A DNA stretch of 64,000 nucleotides, from NCBI GenBank assembly GCA_965228855.1, contig CBDDIJ010000003.1, forward strand, positions 2,048,001 through 2,112,000, written 5' to 3'. The stretch is from Candidatus Obscuribacterales bacterium (lineage in GTDB: Bacteria; Cyanobacteriota; Vampirovibrionia; Obscuribacterales; Obscuribacteraceae). The notes below the pieces were generated by a model, which did no database searches, was not told the origin of the DNA, and saw only the letters and a list, made by a program, of their open reading frames with translations. The position numbers were made by a program, and so were the translations under genes. Shown in pieces: positions 41,415 through 52,200 of the stretch; within the stretch, counting starts at the first letter, position 1, and every line of letters begins with the position of its first letter.

Positions 41415-42302
41415 GTGATGAAGAAGACTACAGCGGCAAAAACAAAATCTCAAGCTAAACCGAAAAGCAAAACTTCGACAGCGAAGCCTGCTGTCAAGTC
41501 CAAAGCGGACAAAAACATCGCTGCTGAAACGAGTGCAAAGAAGCAAACAAAGCAAGTCGCAAAGCCAGCTGCGAAAAAGACAATCGGAAAAACAAGTGCG
41601 AACGTAAGTAAGAAACCGCCAGCGAAATCGAAGGCTGAAAACGTAGGAAAAAAATCGAAAGGCGCAGTGACACTGGTACCGAAAGCAGTGGCACAGGAGA
41701 TGATGGACCGTCTTTGCAAACGGTATCCGGACGCCGATTGCGAGCTGGATTTTGGAAGCACCTTCCAATTGCTCACGTCAGTCATACTGTCAGCACAAAC
41801 CACTGACGTGCAGGTCAACAAATGCACGCCTGGTTTATTCAAAAAGTTTCCAACCGCCAAAGCGCTCGCAGAGGCCAATATTGAAGACGTCAAGGAACTG
41901 ATCAAGCCAACAGGCTATTACAATGCGAAAGCGGCTAACATACAGAAATGCGCTCAGGCTCTAGTTGAGAAGTTCGGCGGTGAAGTTCCTGAAACACTCG
42001 AAGAACTGACTCAGCTACCCGGTGTCGGACGGAAAACTGCCAATGTCGTGCTTGGTGTCGCATTTGGTGTCCCAGGCTGGACAGTTGATACACACGTACA
42101 ACGGCTCTCAGGGCGGCTGGGCTTGAGCAATAACACCGAACCTCACAAGATCGAAATTGATCTGCAAAATCTTTATCCGGAAAAGGATTGGACCAAGTAC
42201 TCAATAACCCTGATTTGGCACGGTCGAAGACTTTGCTACGCGCGCAACCCTAACTGCGCCGAGTGCCCGATAAATGACCTTTGCCCGAGTTCCCAAGTCT
42301 GA
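41415..42302 (+). CDS. nth: Endonuclease III with N-terminal Lys/Ala-rich extension
   Basis: ILSAQTTD, HhH motif LPGVGRKTANVV, VDTHV, and the 4Fe-4S motif C-x6-C-x2-C-x5-C. Confidence 0.96.
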   Translation: MMKKTTAAKTKSQAKPKSKTSTAKPAVKSKADKNIAAETSAKKQTKQVAKPAAKKTIGKTSANVSKKPPAKSKAENVGKKSKGAVTLVPKAVAQEMMDRLCKRYPDADCELDFGSTFQLLTSVILSAQTTDVQVNKCTPGLFKKFPTAKALAEANIEDVKELIKPTGYYNAKAANIQKCAQALVEKFGGEVPETLEELTQLPGVGRKTANVVLGVAFGVPGWTVDTHVQRLSGRLGLSNNTEPHKIEIDLQNLYPEKDWTKYSITLIWHGRRLCYARNPNCAECPINDLCPSSQV

Positions 42303-42407
42303 TGGGCGTTTCAGACCAATCTACACGGCGAGAATTGACATAATTGAAGGAAGCGTAAAAGATAGGTATGTCCTATTTACGCAACTTGCCCGGGAACAGA
42401 ACATAAA

Positions 42408-42815
42408 ATGACAGCAGAGTCGCCGCAACCAGCATCCGACCAACAACCAGTTCAACGGCTGGCATTCTGGCCGAACATTCAAGCCTCCTTCAAATACATC
42501 CGTGAGTCCGTGAAGGCGGAAGGTTCGAACATACGAAAGTCTGATCCGGTCACCGTCTGGATGGTCCCCATCTTCACCGGCTGCCTTGTAATTGCGTCGC
42601 TTGTTTCCGGTCATGCAAAACTTGTGGTCGGCACGCTCGCTTATCTGAGCGCTCTGGTTTACGTCCTTGCTCGAATTGGTATTGTCCGCGGTATGACTCA
42701 TCGCCAGGTCAACATGGTCTGGCACCTTTTACTGGCATCATTCCTCTGCGGTCTGCTGTTCACGTTCACTTACCTGGAATTGCTGCGCGCAATAAGTCCG
42801 CCACCGGTTCATTAG
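42408..42815 (+). CDS. Small membrane protein (about 3 TM)
   Basis: 135-aa ORF with three hydrophobic helices, filling the gap after nth. Confidence 0.7.
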   Translation: MTAESPQPASDQQPVQRLAFWPNIQASFKYIRESVKAEGSNIRKSDPVTVWMVPIFTGCLVIASLVSGHAKLVVGTLAYLSALVYVLARIGIVRGMTHRQVNMVWHLLLASFLCGLLFTFTYLELLRAISPPPVH

Positions 42816-42840
42816 GACTCTTCAGCCCTGCCTCGCTTAC

Positions 42841-45510
42841 TTACCTCGCCGCGCTCACAGTCGGCGTACTCTTAACAAGAGACAAATTGGATACGCGAAT
42901 TAAACCGCCGAGCGAAACTCCTTCAACAGGAGCAACAATTTTTTCGGTTTCCTTCTTATACTTCGGAGGAAGTTTTTGCGAGTCTATTGCGCTCGCAAAA
43001 GCCAGCACTCCAACGAGTTTTGCGCCGCCCTTCTGGGTTAAGAGCTTCACCGGATAAACATATTTGTGACTCTCCTCATCCGCGAGCAAAGGCATGGAGA
43101 AACCATCAGTGGTACCATCGTCGAACTGCAGATGCAACTTCAGCGAACACCAGGACTTGCCAGGCATGGGCGCTAATTGCATCATCAAATAATCATAATC
43201 ATCTACCACCACGTTTTTCTCCGGAGAAACGGATAACTGCTTCGCCGCCAGCACCGCGGAAGTATCCCCGGCAAATCCGGTGGAAACAGCTTTCCAATCA
43301 GTCGAGTCCATCGAGGGAAGGTCGAAACTCTGCAAGTAGGTCAGTGGAAAACGCGGAGACAAATCGGTGTTGCTCGGCGCAAGAGCCACGTTCTCAACAG
43401 GCTGAGATGAAGACTCCTGGACTATGTCAATGTGCGGATACATGAATAGAACGGAACTCGGAATACAATCTCTGTCATCGCATAATCCGGAATACTTCGA
43501 TTCTTGCGCGGACAGACCGAGGCGAATCGTCACGGACTTTCCTCGATAGGGAAGCAGGTTGAGCCGCACCGCTTTCCAACTATCGTCGCAACAGGTCACA
43601 TAAGAAGCGCCACCCGATGACTGCCAATTGTTTCGTTCAATAGCAGCTGCCCGGTCTGCCACCGAATAAGGTGCATCAGTCAAGACGGAAATTGTCGAAG
43701 CCACTTTGGATGATTTGCAATCGCCAGTAGTCTCGCTAAACCCTGTTACAGATGTATTGAATACGGCTTCCTTCGCATCCTGTGGCACCTTGAATTTCCA
43801 CTCTACGACGTTGCCGTCAGGCACGAGAAGATTCAAGTGCTGATAGTCACGCCAGGACTTGAGCCCTCGCTGCGATCGACCGTTAAGCCACGCAACTCGT
43901 TTTGCCCCAGAGCTGTGCTCGACTTCCACGTTATCCAGTGCGAACTGTCCCTGTAACGCCCAACTTTGATCGGGTGAAAAAACGCAAAGCGCATGCTTCT
44001 TCAAAGCCCCAGCAAAAGAGATAATTCTGTCGGGTCTTCCGTCATCGCTAAAAATCGTCGACTCTAAGAATGTCGGCGCAGTGGCATATTCCCGCAGGTA
44101 CTCACCGGATACTGGTGCACGAGCATTCAAAAAGAATTGCTTATCCCTGTACGAGACGTTAGTAACCAGATAAAGCGAGAACATCGTCAACAGGGCGACA
44201 GTGCTGGTCGAAGCCAGACCGAATCTCGAAAGAGAACCCAAGCGCAACTCCGGCCCAAAAGCCTTGCAGAGGTTTGCTACGCACAAACCAAAAACCGCAA
44301 GCCAACAATAAAGGGACATTGAGGCATACCATGGAGCGATATGAGTTCTAAATATTCCGACCGTCCAGATGCTAATGAAGCCATAGGCAAACAACAGCAT
44401 GCACACAAGCGTCCGTCTGCATAACCGCACCTTTGATAGAACCATAGGCACCATTAGCGCCACCACCATCGCGATTAAAATTGCAGCACTCATCTCTGCA
44501 CCGGGAAGGCGCCCATAATTCAATCCCATATCCCGCGCAAAAGGCCGCCCGAGTGCGTTGAACACAAACGTCGGAGCAAATAGACCGAAGGTTTTCGTCA
44601 ATTCATTGCTCTCGGTCGCACGATTGGACAAGAAGAAAAAGTATGGCGCCATCGATATCAGCGCGCCGGCTCCCCAATAAACCAGAGCGGCTCTTCTACC
44701 GACAAACAGCCCCTGACCTTCTCGTGCCTTCTGCTTAAAAGCCCTGTAAGTACCACTTCTCCTGATGTCCCAGTATTGCGACCACCCTCGAGTGGGAAGA
44801 AGTAAAACGGACATAAACAACGTCGCCCAACAAGGTAAGACATTACCGAATGAGAACGAGGAAAAAATCCCACCGAGTGCCATGAGGAACAAACCACGCG
44901 GTGTGCGCCCAAACTTGCAGAGACTCCACAGTGCAAAGGTAAACCCTAGCAAGCACAGACCGATAGCGATACTGGCCTCTCCATATATCATGATGCATGT
45001 CTGCGACATGGCAAATACGAGAGCAAAGGTTCCACCTGTCACGGCCAGCCTGGTGGCTCGGTCTCCGATACGACTAGCCAAAAGATCAGCGAGAAGTAGC
45101 GCTCTTATTACATGGATGGTCATGCCCACGTAAAGTTCGAAGGTCACATTCCAATGAGAGATATATGCAATCGCGGTATGCAATAGTACCGGAAACAGTA
45201 CCAAATGCGTTCGAATAAATGAATCGGAAAAAATAGAAAACCACTGATATTGACCGCTCAGCACCTTATCAACAACGTGCAAGAAAGCGGCGTAGTCAAC
45301 GCATACGTTGTTTGCGCCAGTCGAAATTATCAACCAGCAAATGAAAGAAAACGGTATCAGGCATACGAAAAAGCTAGCCACACCACAAATTTTGAGCGCT
45401 GAAGTAAACCACGAACTCTTCGCGTTTACGCCCTCGAACAGCGGCTCCAACCTTTCGGGATTCGGCGATTGCTGCCGGTCTGTAATAGTAGCTGCGGAAG
45501 TATTGAACAT
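42841..45510 (-). CDS. Large polytopic membrane protein with extracytoplasmic C-terminal half, possibly GT-C glycosyltransferase-like
   Basis: About 10-12 TMs in the first ~450 aa, with an acidic residue (VDY) after TM1 and a HLVLFP loop. The C-terminus is soluble and beta-rich. Function is tentative. Confidence 0.6.
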   Translation of the reverse strand: MFNTSAATITDRQQSPNPERLEPLFEGVNAKSSWFTSALKICGVASFFVCLIPFSFICWLIISTGANNVCVDYAAFLHVVDKVLSGQYQWFSIFSDSFIRTHLVLFPVLLHTAIAYISHWNVTFELYVGMTIHVIRALLLADLLASRIGDRATRLAVTGGTFALVFAMSQTCIMIYGEASIAIGLCLLGFTFALWSLCKFGRTPRGLFLMALGGIFSSFSFGNVLPCWATLFMSVLLLPTRGWSQYWDIRRSGTYRAFKQKAREGQGLFVGRRAALVYWGAGALISMAPYFFFLSNRATESNELTKTFGLFAPTFVFNALGRPFARDMGLNYGRLPGAEMSAAILIAMVVALMVPMVLSKVRLCRRTLVCMLLFAYGFISIWTVGIFRTHIAPWYASMSLYCWLAVFGLCVANLCKAFGPELRLGSLSRFGLASTSTVALLTMFSLYLVTNVSYRDKQFFLNARAPVSGEYLREYATAPTFLESTIFSDDGRPDRIISFAGALKKHALCVFSPDQSWALQGQFALDNVEVEHSSGAKRVAWLNGRSQRGLKSWRDYQHLNLLVPDGNVVEWKFKVPQDAKEAVFNTSVTGFSETTGDCKSSKVASTISVLTDAPYSVADRAAAIERNNWQSSGGASYVTCCDDSWKAVRLNLLPYRGKSVTIRLGLSAQESKYSGLCDDRDCIPSSVLFMYPHIDIVQESSSQPVENVALAPSNTDLSPRFPLTYLQSFDLPSMDSTDWKAVSTGFAGDTSAVLAAKQLSVSPEKNVVVDDYDYLMMQLAPMPGKSWCSLKLHLQFDDGTTDGFSMPLLADEESHKYVYPVKLLTQKGGAKLVGVLAFASAIDSQKLPPKYKKETEKIVAPVEGVSLGGLIRVSNLSLVKSTPTVSAAR

Positions 45511-45594
45511 TGAGTTGCTAGTAAATTCCTTGCAATTCCCAATGCTATTTTGCTCTAGTGTAAAGTGTTTTGCATTACCTTTCTGTCACCAAAT

Positions 45595-46722
45595 CTAGTG
45601 GCTATTCGAGGGCTTCTTCGCACTGGTCTTTTTAGATATAGAATCGATTCGACGCTGAATAGCAGACGCTTTGGCGCTATTCCCAGCCTTCTGATACGCA
45701 GCTCTGGCATCCTTTAGAGCTACAACGGTAAGTGGAGCTGTTGGGCCACAATTCGATTGAACTATCGATATTGCTTGTTCATATTCCTTGGCAGCATCGG
45801 CATACCTGCGGCGGTGTGTATAGATCTCACCAAGAAGTGTGTGAGCAGCGGATGCAGGAAGATAATTTTTACCGTGAGATCGCTCAAAAATCTTTAACGC
45901 ACGACGAACTGATTGATCTGCTAGCTCAAATTGCAATTGGCATTTCAATATCTTCGCGAGTTGTACGTGACAGTTTCCAGTGCAAAAACCTGGTGGCTTC
46001 TCGAGTTTAGTAAACAGGGCAAGCGATTCGCGACAGTTGGATTCCGCCTTCGCGTACCTTCCGAGATTACATTGAATCAAGCTCAGGAAATACAAATCAC
46101 TAGCTTTGAGCAGCTCTTTTTCACCTTTGAACTTGCTGGTGATGCGCACCAGTCGCTCGGCATAAGGCTCAGCTTCTTTGTACTTATTTTCGTTGAATAA
46201 AATCGTCGAAAGTTTTCGCAAGGACGTAGCCATATACTTATTGGCATCACCACTGATCAGGTCACGCAGCTTCACGGAGTGCTCCAGCGCAAGCGCCTCC
46301 AGCCAACCCTTTATATGAGTTGAATAAGCATCGGCCAGGTCTTCCATCCAAACAAGTGCCTCATGGTCGAGCGTTCCATCCTTCTTCTGCTCTTCAACAA
46401 GTTGCACGAGCCGTTTGTAGTAGACCTCCGCTTCCCAGTATTTGTCCTGCATGACATAAATTCTGGCGATGTGATACAACGTTTCGATGCGCTCGCTGCA
46501 GTTCTTTGGAAAAGAGCGCGACACTTCCATCGCCTGCTTGTAATATCGCTCCGCTGATGGATACGCACGTTCCATCTCGAGACGCTGCCCTTCCCGCTTC
46601 AAATCCATCCACTTGGTTTTGTCTACGGCACGACAAGGTTGAGCAGTTCCTGCAAGAAGGAAAGTACAAATTGCGATCGTCTCAACGACCTTTTTCCAGA
46701 AGCTGGAGCCCATCACCCTCAC
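45595..46722 (-). CDS. Exported TPR-repeat protein
   Basis: Signal peptide; repeated YKEAEPYAER, YAKAESNCRESL and YADAAKEYEQAI units (long, kinesin-light-chain-type TPRs). Confidence 0.85.
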   Translation of the reverse strand: MRVMGSSFWKKVVETIAICTFLLAGTAQPCRAVDKTKWMDLKREGQRLEMERAYPSAERYYKQAMEVSRSFPKNCSERIETLYHIARIYVMQDKYWEAEVYYKRLVQLVEEQKKDGTLDHEALVWMEDLADAYSTHIKGWLEALALEHSVKLRDLISGDANKYMATSLRKLSTILFNENKYKEAEPYAERLVRITSKFKGEKELLKASDLYFLSLIQCNLGRYAKAESNCRESLALFTKLEKPPGFCTGNCHVQLAKILKCQLQFELADQSVRRALKIFERSHGKNYLPASAAHTLLGEIYTHRRRYADAAKEYEQAISIVQSNCGPTAPLTVVALKDARAAYQKAGNSAKASAIQRRIDSISKKTSAKKPSNSH

Positions 46723-46729
46723 AGTCCTT

Positions 46730-49036
46730 TCATTCGGATGGTTCCGGTGGCTCGGTCACACCAAATACATGTGAGCCGCGAGCCAGTGGCACGAGTTCTA
46801 TTCTGCACCCTGGAAACTGTTTTTTCAATTTGCTTACGTCTGATTTGGTAACCGGTGAACTGATATAAAGAGTCCTTATCTTCGAATTCTTCAATAATCT
46901 TTCGACCTGGTTGTATGTCATTCCGGTGGAGGCGGCACGAAAAACATTCAGTTTTTTCCAGTCGCAGATGGCATCGACCATGTCATTACTCATGGACTGG
47001 CCGGAAGCATCATACTCACGTATGTTTGATTTCTTCAGGTACCCTATGCCCGAGGGAGTTACAAGATTTTCGTTCTCGAGAGAAACATATTGCAGTGTCG
47101 AAGACGCCGCAATTTCCTTGAGGTGTTCGTCGGTTGCATCCGTGGCACCCAGAGTAAGCGCCTTCAATTTCGATTCACGGAGAAAGCGTAAGTCCCGAGG
47201 CTCGAAGCGACAACCACTCACTGTCAAAATTCTCAGGCTCGGAAACTTGCTAAGACAAGACCAGTATTTTGTATTCATACTCCGGCTGCTTAGCATGTGC
47301 AACTCAGTCAGATTCGCGAGCGATGATAGAGAGCCCAGCGTTGCGCCTGTAACATAGGGACATTTGCCGATGGATAAAAATTCCAGCTTTTTGAAGTTAG
47401 GAATTTTTGTGACACCGGTGTCGGTGAGTCCACTTCCAGTCAAGTCGAGGAATTTCACGTTGGGAACCTTCAATGCGACTTCTCTGAGCGTTTCGCCTGA
47501 GAGATCAGGATTGCCACCGAGAATCAGGCTCGTCAATGTAGGAATATTCGGCAAATACTTTGCCAGATTGTTGTCCGTCACTGGAGAATTTTTCAGCTGC
47601 AAATTCGTCAACTTCAGCCCCTTGAGATAACGGAGACCTGTGCCGCTGAATCGCAAAGGAGTTTGAATCCGCAACGAAGAGATCTCGAAGTGATTCTCAA
47701 CCAGTTTCAAATCCTTATCGTCAGAACATGCAACAACATCAAAGCTGCCTGAAATATGTTTGCTGGGGAGGAGTTGCGGAACAGAAATTCGATCGAGCAG
47801 ACTCAGATTGTCTTCTTCCTCGGACGCTTTCAAGACTACGTTGTAGCCGAAGTTCTGCGCATCCCCGGAAGCCTCCAACGCCTTTACCCGCCGTTTCTTC
47901 GTCGAGTTTCCGGAGACTCCATCGACGTTCTTCACCACAGTTGCTTTTATTCGATTTATGTTATCCATGCCTTTATGGGCGCCAATCTTGTCAAAACCAG
48001 CTTGCCCATTGAGCACCACAATCACTGCAATGATTAGAACGATGATAAATGCAATAACGACGGATATCGGTACGTTCTTTATCGTTTGCAAGACGCCACG
48101 TCTGGGCTCCGGCACCACCAGATACGGTTGCACCTGATCATCAGAGATGTTCTTCTCCGCCTCCACGGCGTGAGCTTCGATCGGAACCGTTCGAAGCGCC
48201 GCAGCCAGATCCTCGGCACTTTGATAGCGCAAATTCGGATCGCGATTTAAGGTTTTCGCGACGATTTCGGGTAGATGCCGAGGCCAGTCGACATCGGGAC
48301 AAACATCATACAGTGATGGCGCGTCGTAGTTTATATGACACATTATGGTATCGACTACGGTATCACGCTTATATGGAGGATCTCCAGTGAGTGCGTCGAA
48401 CATTAGACATCCGAATGAATAAATATCCGAACGCGCATCGATTTCAGTACCATGACATTGCTCCGGCGACATAAATTCCGGGGTACCGACGGCAACGCCC
48501 TCTCGGGTGAGGCGCTGGTCTTCGTCAGCCAGCCGAGCCAAACCAAAATCGACGAGCTTCGCTGTCGGCTGTTGTGGGTTTCTAAAATCAACAAGTATAT
48601 TGTTTGGGTTCAAATCGCGATGAATTACGCCATTCTCGTGCGCGTGCGAGAGCCCACTGAGCACTTGCAAGAACAGCGGGATACACTCATCAGGAGCCAG
48701 CCGGCCGTGGCTCGCAATCAGCCGGCGTAAGTTCATTCCCTCGATCAATTCCAGAACGAGATAAAAGTTGTTTTTATCGTCCAGTCTGAAATCCAGAACA
48801 GTGACGATGTTGGAATGTTTGAGTTTCGCGGCGGCGCGTGCTTCCTTTTGAAAGCGAAGAAGCGCTATAGAATTGGAGTCCGTGACGTTCAACATTTTGA
48901 GCGCCACGTCTTTCTGCAGCGTTACATCCTCAGCACGAAAAACCACGCCATAATGTCCGCTTCCAAGAGTCGATATTATCCGATAGCGATCGGCAACAAT
49001 TTGACCGGGCTGGGTCAAGTGATCAGCTCCGCACAC
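46730..49036 (-). CDS. Hanks-type Ser/Thr kinase with TM helix and extracytoplasmic leucine-rich repeats
   Basis: GSGHYG, ALK, HRDLNPNN, DFG, FMSPEQ; TM VVIAFIIVLIIAVIVVL; LRRs (LTSLILGGN, VKFLDLTGSGLTDTG, LEFLSIGKC). The start may be TTG 49018. Confidence 0.9.
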   Translation of the reverse strand: MCGADHLTQPGQIVADRYRIISTLGSGHYGVVFRAEDVTLQKDVALKMLNVTDSNSIALLRFQKEARAAAKLKHSNIVTVLDFRLDDKNNFYLVLELIEGMNLRRLIASHGRLAPDECIPLFLQVLSGLSHAHENGVIHRDLNPNNILVDFRNPQQPTAKLVDFGLARLADEDQRLTREGVAVGTPEFMSPEQCHGTEIDARSDIYSFGCLMFDALTGDPPYKRDTVVDTIMCHINYDAPSLYDVCPDVDWPRHLPEIVAKTLNRDPNLRYQSAEDLAAALRTVPIEAHAVEAEKNISDDQVQPYLVVPEPRRGVLQTIKNVPISVVIAFIIVLIIAVIVVLNGQAGFDKIGAHKGMDNINRIKATVVKNVDGVSGNSTKKRRVKALEASGDAQNFGYNVVLKASEEEDNLSLLDRISVPQLLPSKHISGSFDVVACSDDKDLKLVENHFEISSLRIQTPLRFSGTGLRYLKGLKLTNLQLKNSPVTDNNLAKYLPNIPTLTSLILGGNPDLSGETLREVALKVPNVKFLDLTGSGLTDTGVTKIPNFKKLEFLSIGKCPYVTGATLGSLSSLANLTELHMLSSRSMNTKYWSCLSKFPSLRILTVSGCRFEPRDLRFLRESKLKALTLGATDATDEHLKEIAASSTLQYVSLENENLVTPSGIGYLKKSNIREYDASGQSMSNDMVDAICDWKKLNVFRAASTGMTYNQVERLLKNSKIRTLYISSPVTKSDVSKLKKQFPGCRIELVPLARGSHVFGVTEPPEPSE

Positions 49037-49238
49037 TCATACTTCCAGATTCAATATACCCGCTTCTGGCGCCGCAAACTAGGAAGGGGCAACGCCATTC
49101 TCAGTCGCTCAAATGCCGTCCCGCTTGCCTTTGAGCCCGAAATGACTTATGTTACAGGGGTTAATTTGAAGTTGGGTTCGAACTCCGATCAAGACAGCGT
49201 TTGGCTAGCTCTGGCGCCAACCTAGAAAGAAACATCTC

Positions 49239-52200
49239 TTGAATTCCATCGTGGGCAACGCCCTTCCTTCACTCCCCCTCGTCCCGCAGCAGCAACAAGC
49301 GCTTCCAGGCGAGGACCGTTATGTCGAGGAGCTGCTTTCTCGCCTCCGCTTCGAGCACCCGCTGCGGAAATATCAGGTTGAAATTCTCGATATCGTGAAA
49401 GATAAAGTCGAGCAAGGTCGACGTGAAGTTCACATCGTCGCACCGCCTGGAGCAGGCAAAACAATTATCGGTCTGCAGATGTGCATCAATTTCAAAAAGC
49501 CTGCACTTATTCTCACACCTAATACGACGATCCAATCACAATGGTCGCAAAAATTGCGGTCGTTTATTCCGAAAGAGATGCAAGACTTCGAGCCGTCGGA
49601 AATCGTCGGAACTCACGAAGTTCGCCCGCTAAAACCAATCACGGTTTTGACTTACCAGGTTCTCTCCACTCCGGGAAGAGAACAAGAATATCTGGAACAA
49701 CTCGCACAGCGCGAATGGATAAATGAATTGCGCGCCAACAGAGCTTACTCCGTTGGTGAAGCGGAACTGCGAATTCTCGAGTTGATGCAAAACAATCCGA
49801 AAGCGCATCAGCGAGAAATGTCGAGACACGCGAGCCGCATTAGAAGAAAACTCACCGATGTTTTAAAACTCGACGAAGTTTTGCACAAAAACGCGCAGGA
49901 TCTAATCCAGTCACTTCGCCGCCAGGGCGTTGGTCTGGTCATCTTCGATGAATGCCATCACCTGACGGACTACTGGGCCGCAATTATGGTTCATCTTCTC
50001 AAAGCACTCGATGAACCGCTGGTAGTGGCACTCACCGGTACGCCACCCGAAGGTAAATCGTCAACTCAGGAAAACCGATATCTTTCTCTAGTGGGGAACA
50101 TAGACTATCAAGTTCCAACGCCGGCGCTCGTTCGAGAGGGCGGTCTGGCGCCATTTCAAGACCTCGTTTACTTTACGGAACCGACCGTCAAAGAGCTGGA
50201 GTTTCTGGAGTCTCAGCATGAGGACTTCCATCAGCTTATCGACGAACTAACTGGTCAGAAAGATGAGAACACAAAGTTCAGTTGCCGATTAAATGAGAAT
50301 GGAACCTATGATGTGATAGACGGAGAAGAAGTCGTATCTCCGCTTCTCACCTGGGTTTTGAGAAGAACGATTGAGGCGGCCGAAGGCGAGGGCTGGCAGA
50401 AGTTTCAAGAAAAATACAAAGCGCTTTCACTAGCTATTTTAAGATGCTTGTATCGTTATCGCTTGCCTGCACCTAAACGAGTCTCCATGTCTGAAGGCTG
50501 CAATCAAGCTCCATCGCTTGATGATTGGATGACACTTCTGGACGATTTCGCATCGCATAAGCTGAAAATTGCAGCGGGCACCGATAGTCACGATCTGTTT
50601 GAAAAAATTCGGCGCGCCGCGCGAAAACTCGGCTACGGGATATCCGAGCGTGGTCTTCGCAAACAAGCATCACCTGCCGACCGTGTCCTTGCATTCAGCA
50701 AAAGCAAGGCACAAGCAGCAGCTGAAGTTCTTGCTGTCGAATTCGAGGGTTTGGGAGAACGGTTGCGAGCGATTGTGGTAACCGATTTCGAGAGAATGTC
50801 CGCCACTGGCTTTCAAGCTGTTAAGGGCGTACTGGACGAGGACTCCGGAGGAGCTGTCGGAGTCTTCCGAGCATTGCTTCAAAAACCAATCGCAGCAAAC
50901 GTCAATCCGTGCCTGGTCACGGGAGGATTACTCTTAATCGATTACCGTATAAAAGATCAGTTTACCGAGGCAGCCAGAGAGTTTCTCCTCAAAGAAGGGC
51001 TTAAGGTCCCACTTTCGGTGGTCGATTGCGAAGAGAATCTCTATTGCGAAATCACGGGTCAAAGTGGAGACTGGGCTTCTAAGCTCTATGTGCGCCTTGC
51101 CACGGAGTTGTTCGAGCGCGGAATCTCGAGGTGCATGATCGGCACCCGCGGTCTATTCGGCGAAGGTTGGGACAGTCAGGCGCTCAACACGTTGCTGGAT
51201 TTAACCACGACTACCGCACCGGTTTCTGTCAAACAGTTGCGCGGGAGAAGTATCCGCATTCAAACCAACGATCCGCTGGGTCACCGCAAGGTGGCGAACA
51301 ACTGGGACATTGTCTGCGTCGCGCCACAACTGGAGAAAGGTCTCAACGACTACCATAGATTCGTTCGAAAACACGAAGGCTTCTTTGGCGTTTCCGACGA
51401 TGGTCAAATCGAAAAGGGCGTAGGTCACGTTCATCCAACTTTGTCTGACATGACACCTCTTGAGGTTTTCGAATCGCACGCGAAACTAAACCAGGAAATG
51501 ACAACCAGAGCCTATCGCCGCGAAGATGTCTACGATCTCTGGAAAGTTGGAATTCCATATGAGAACAAAATGCTCGGCTGCGTGGAACTGTCAAATCTCC
51601 GCGCACCGCATATAACACCACCCAATTTAAAGGGTAATTGCACGTATAAAGAACACTCCAGCCAGATGCGCAGCGCACTTGCAGGAGTTTGGGGAGAGTT
51701 CGCCGGCGTTGGCGCAATGGCTTCCACCGGACTGGCGGTTGTCCTGGCGCAGACCGGCGGTCCATTGGGACTCGCGCTGTTGCCGATGGCCGGACTGCTT
51801 GTTGCAGGGTTCGGAAAGTATCAGGCATTACGCAACAACTTCAAACAGCAGATTCTTGATGGTCACTGTCAGGACGAGAATTTGAAGAATATTGCAACTG
51901 CAGTTCTGTCAGCACTCAAGCGACGCCGACTTCTGCCTTATAGAGCGAAGGCAAAGGACATTGTTATATCGGAAAGAAGTAACGGATGCTACCGAGTATT
52001 TCTGAACAACGTGGACTATGATGCATCCAAACTTTTTGTCAACGCGGTTACCGAAGTATTCGCTCCCATTACAGGACAGCCGTATATCATTGGCAGACAA
52101 GAGTTTCGGGTTGTTGAACCGCCAAAGAGAAGTTTCATTCCCGCCGCGTTGCAAAACGCTATTCGCAACGCTCAAAGCAAATACAGTAATTCCAGCGAAC

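Noticed and set aside
49172..49190. GGGTTCGAACTCC resembling a tRNA T-arm
   Set aside because: It has an extra base, and no acceptor, D or anticodon arms can be folded around it.
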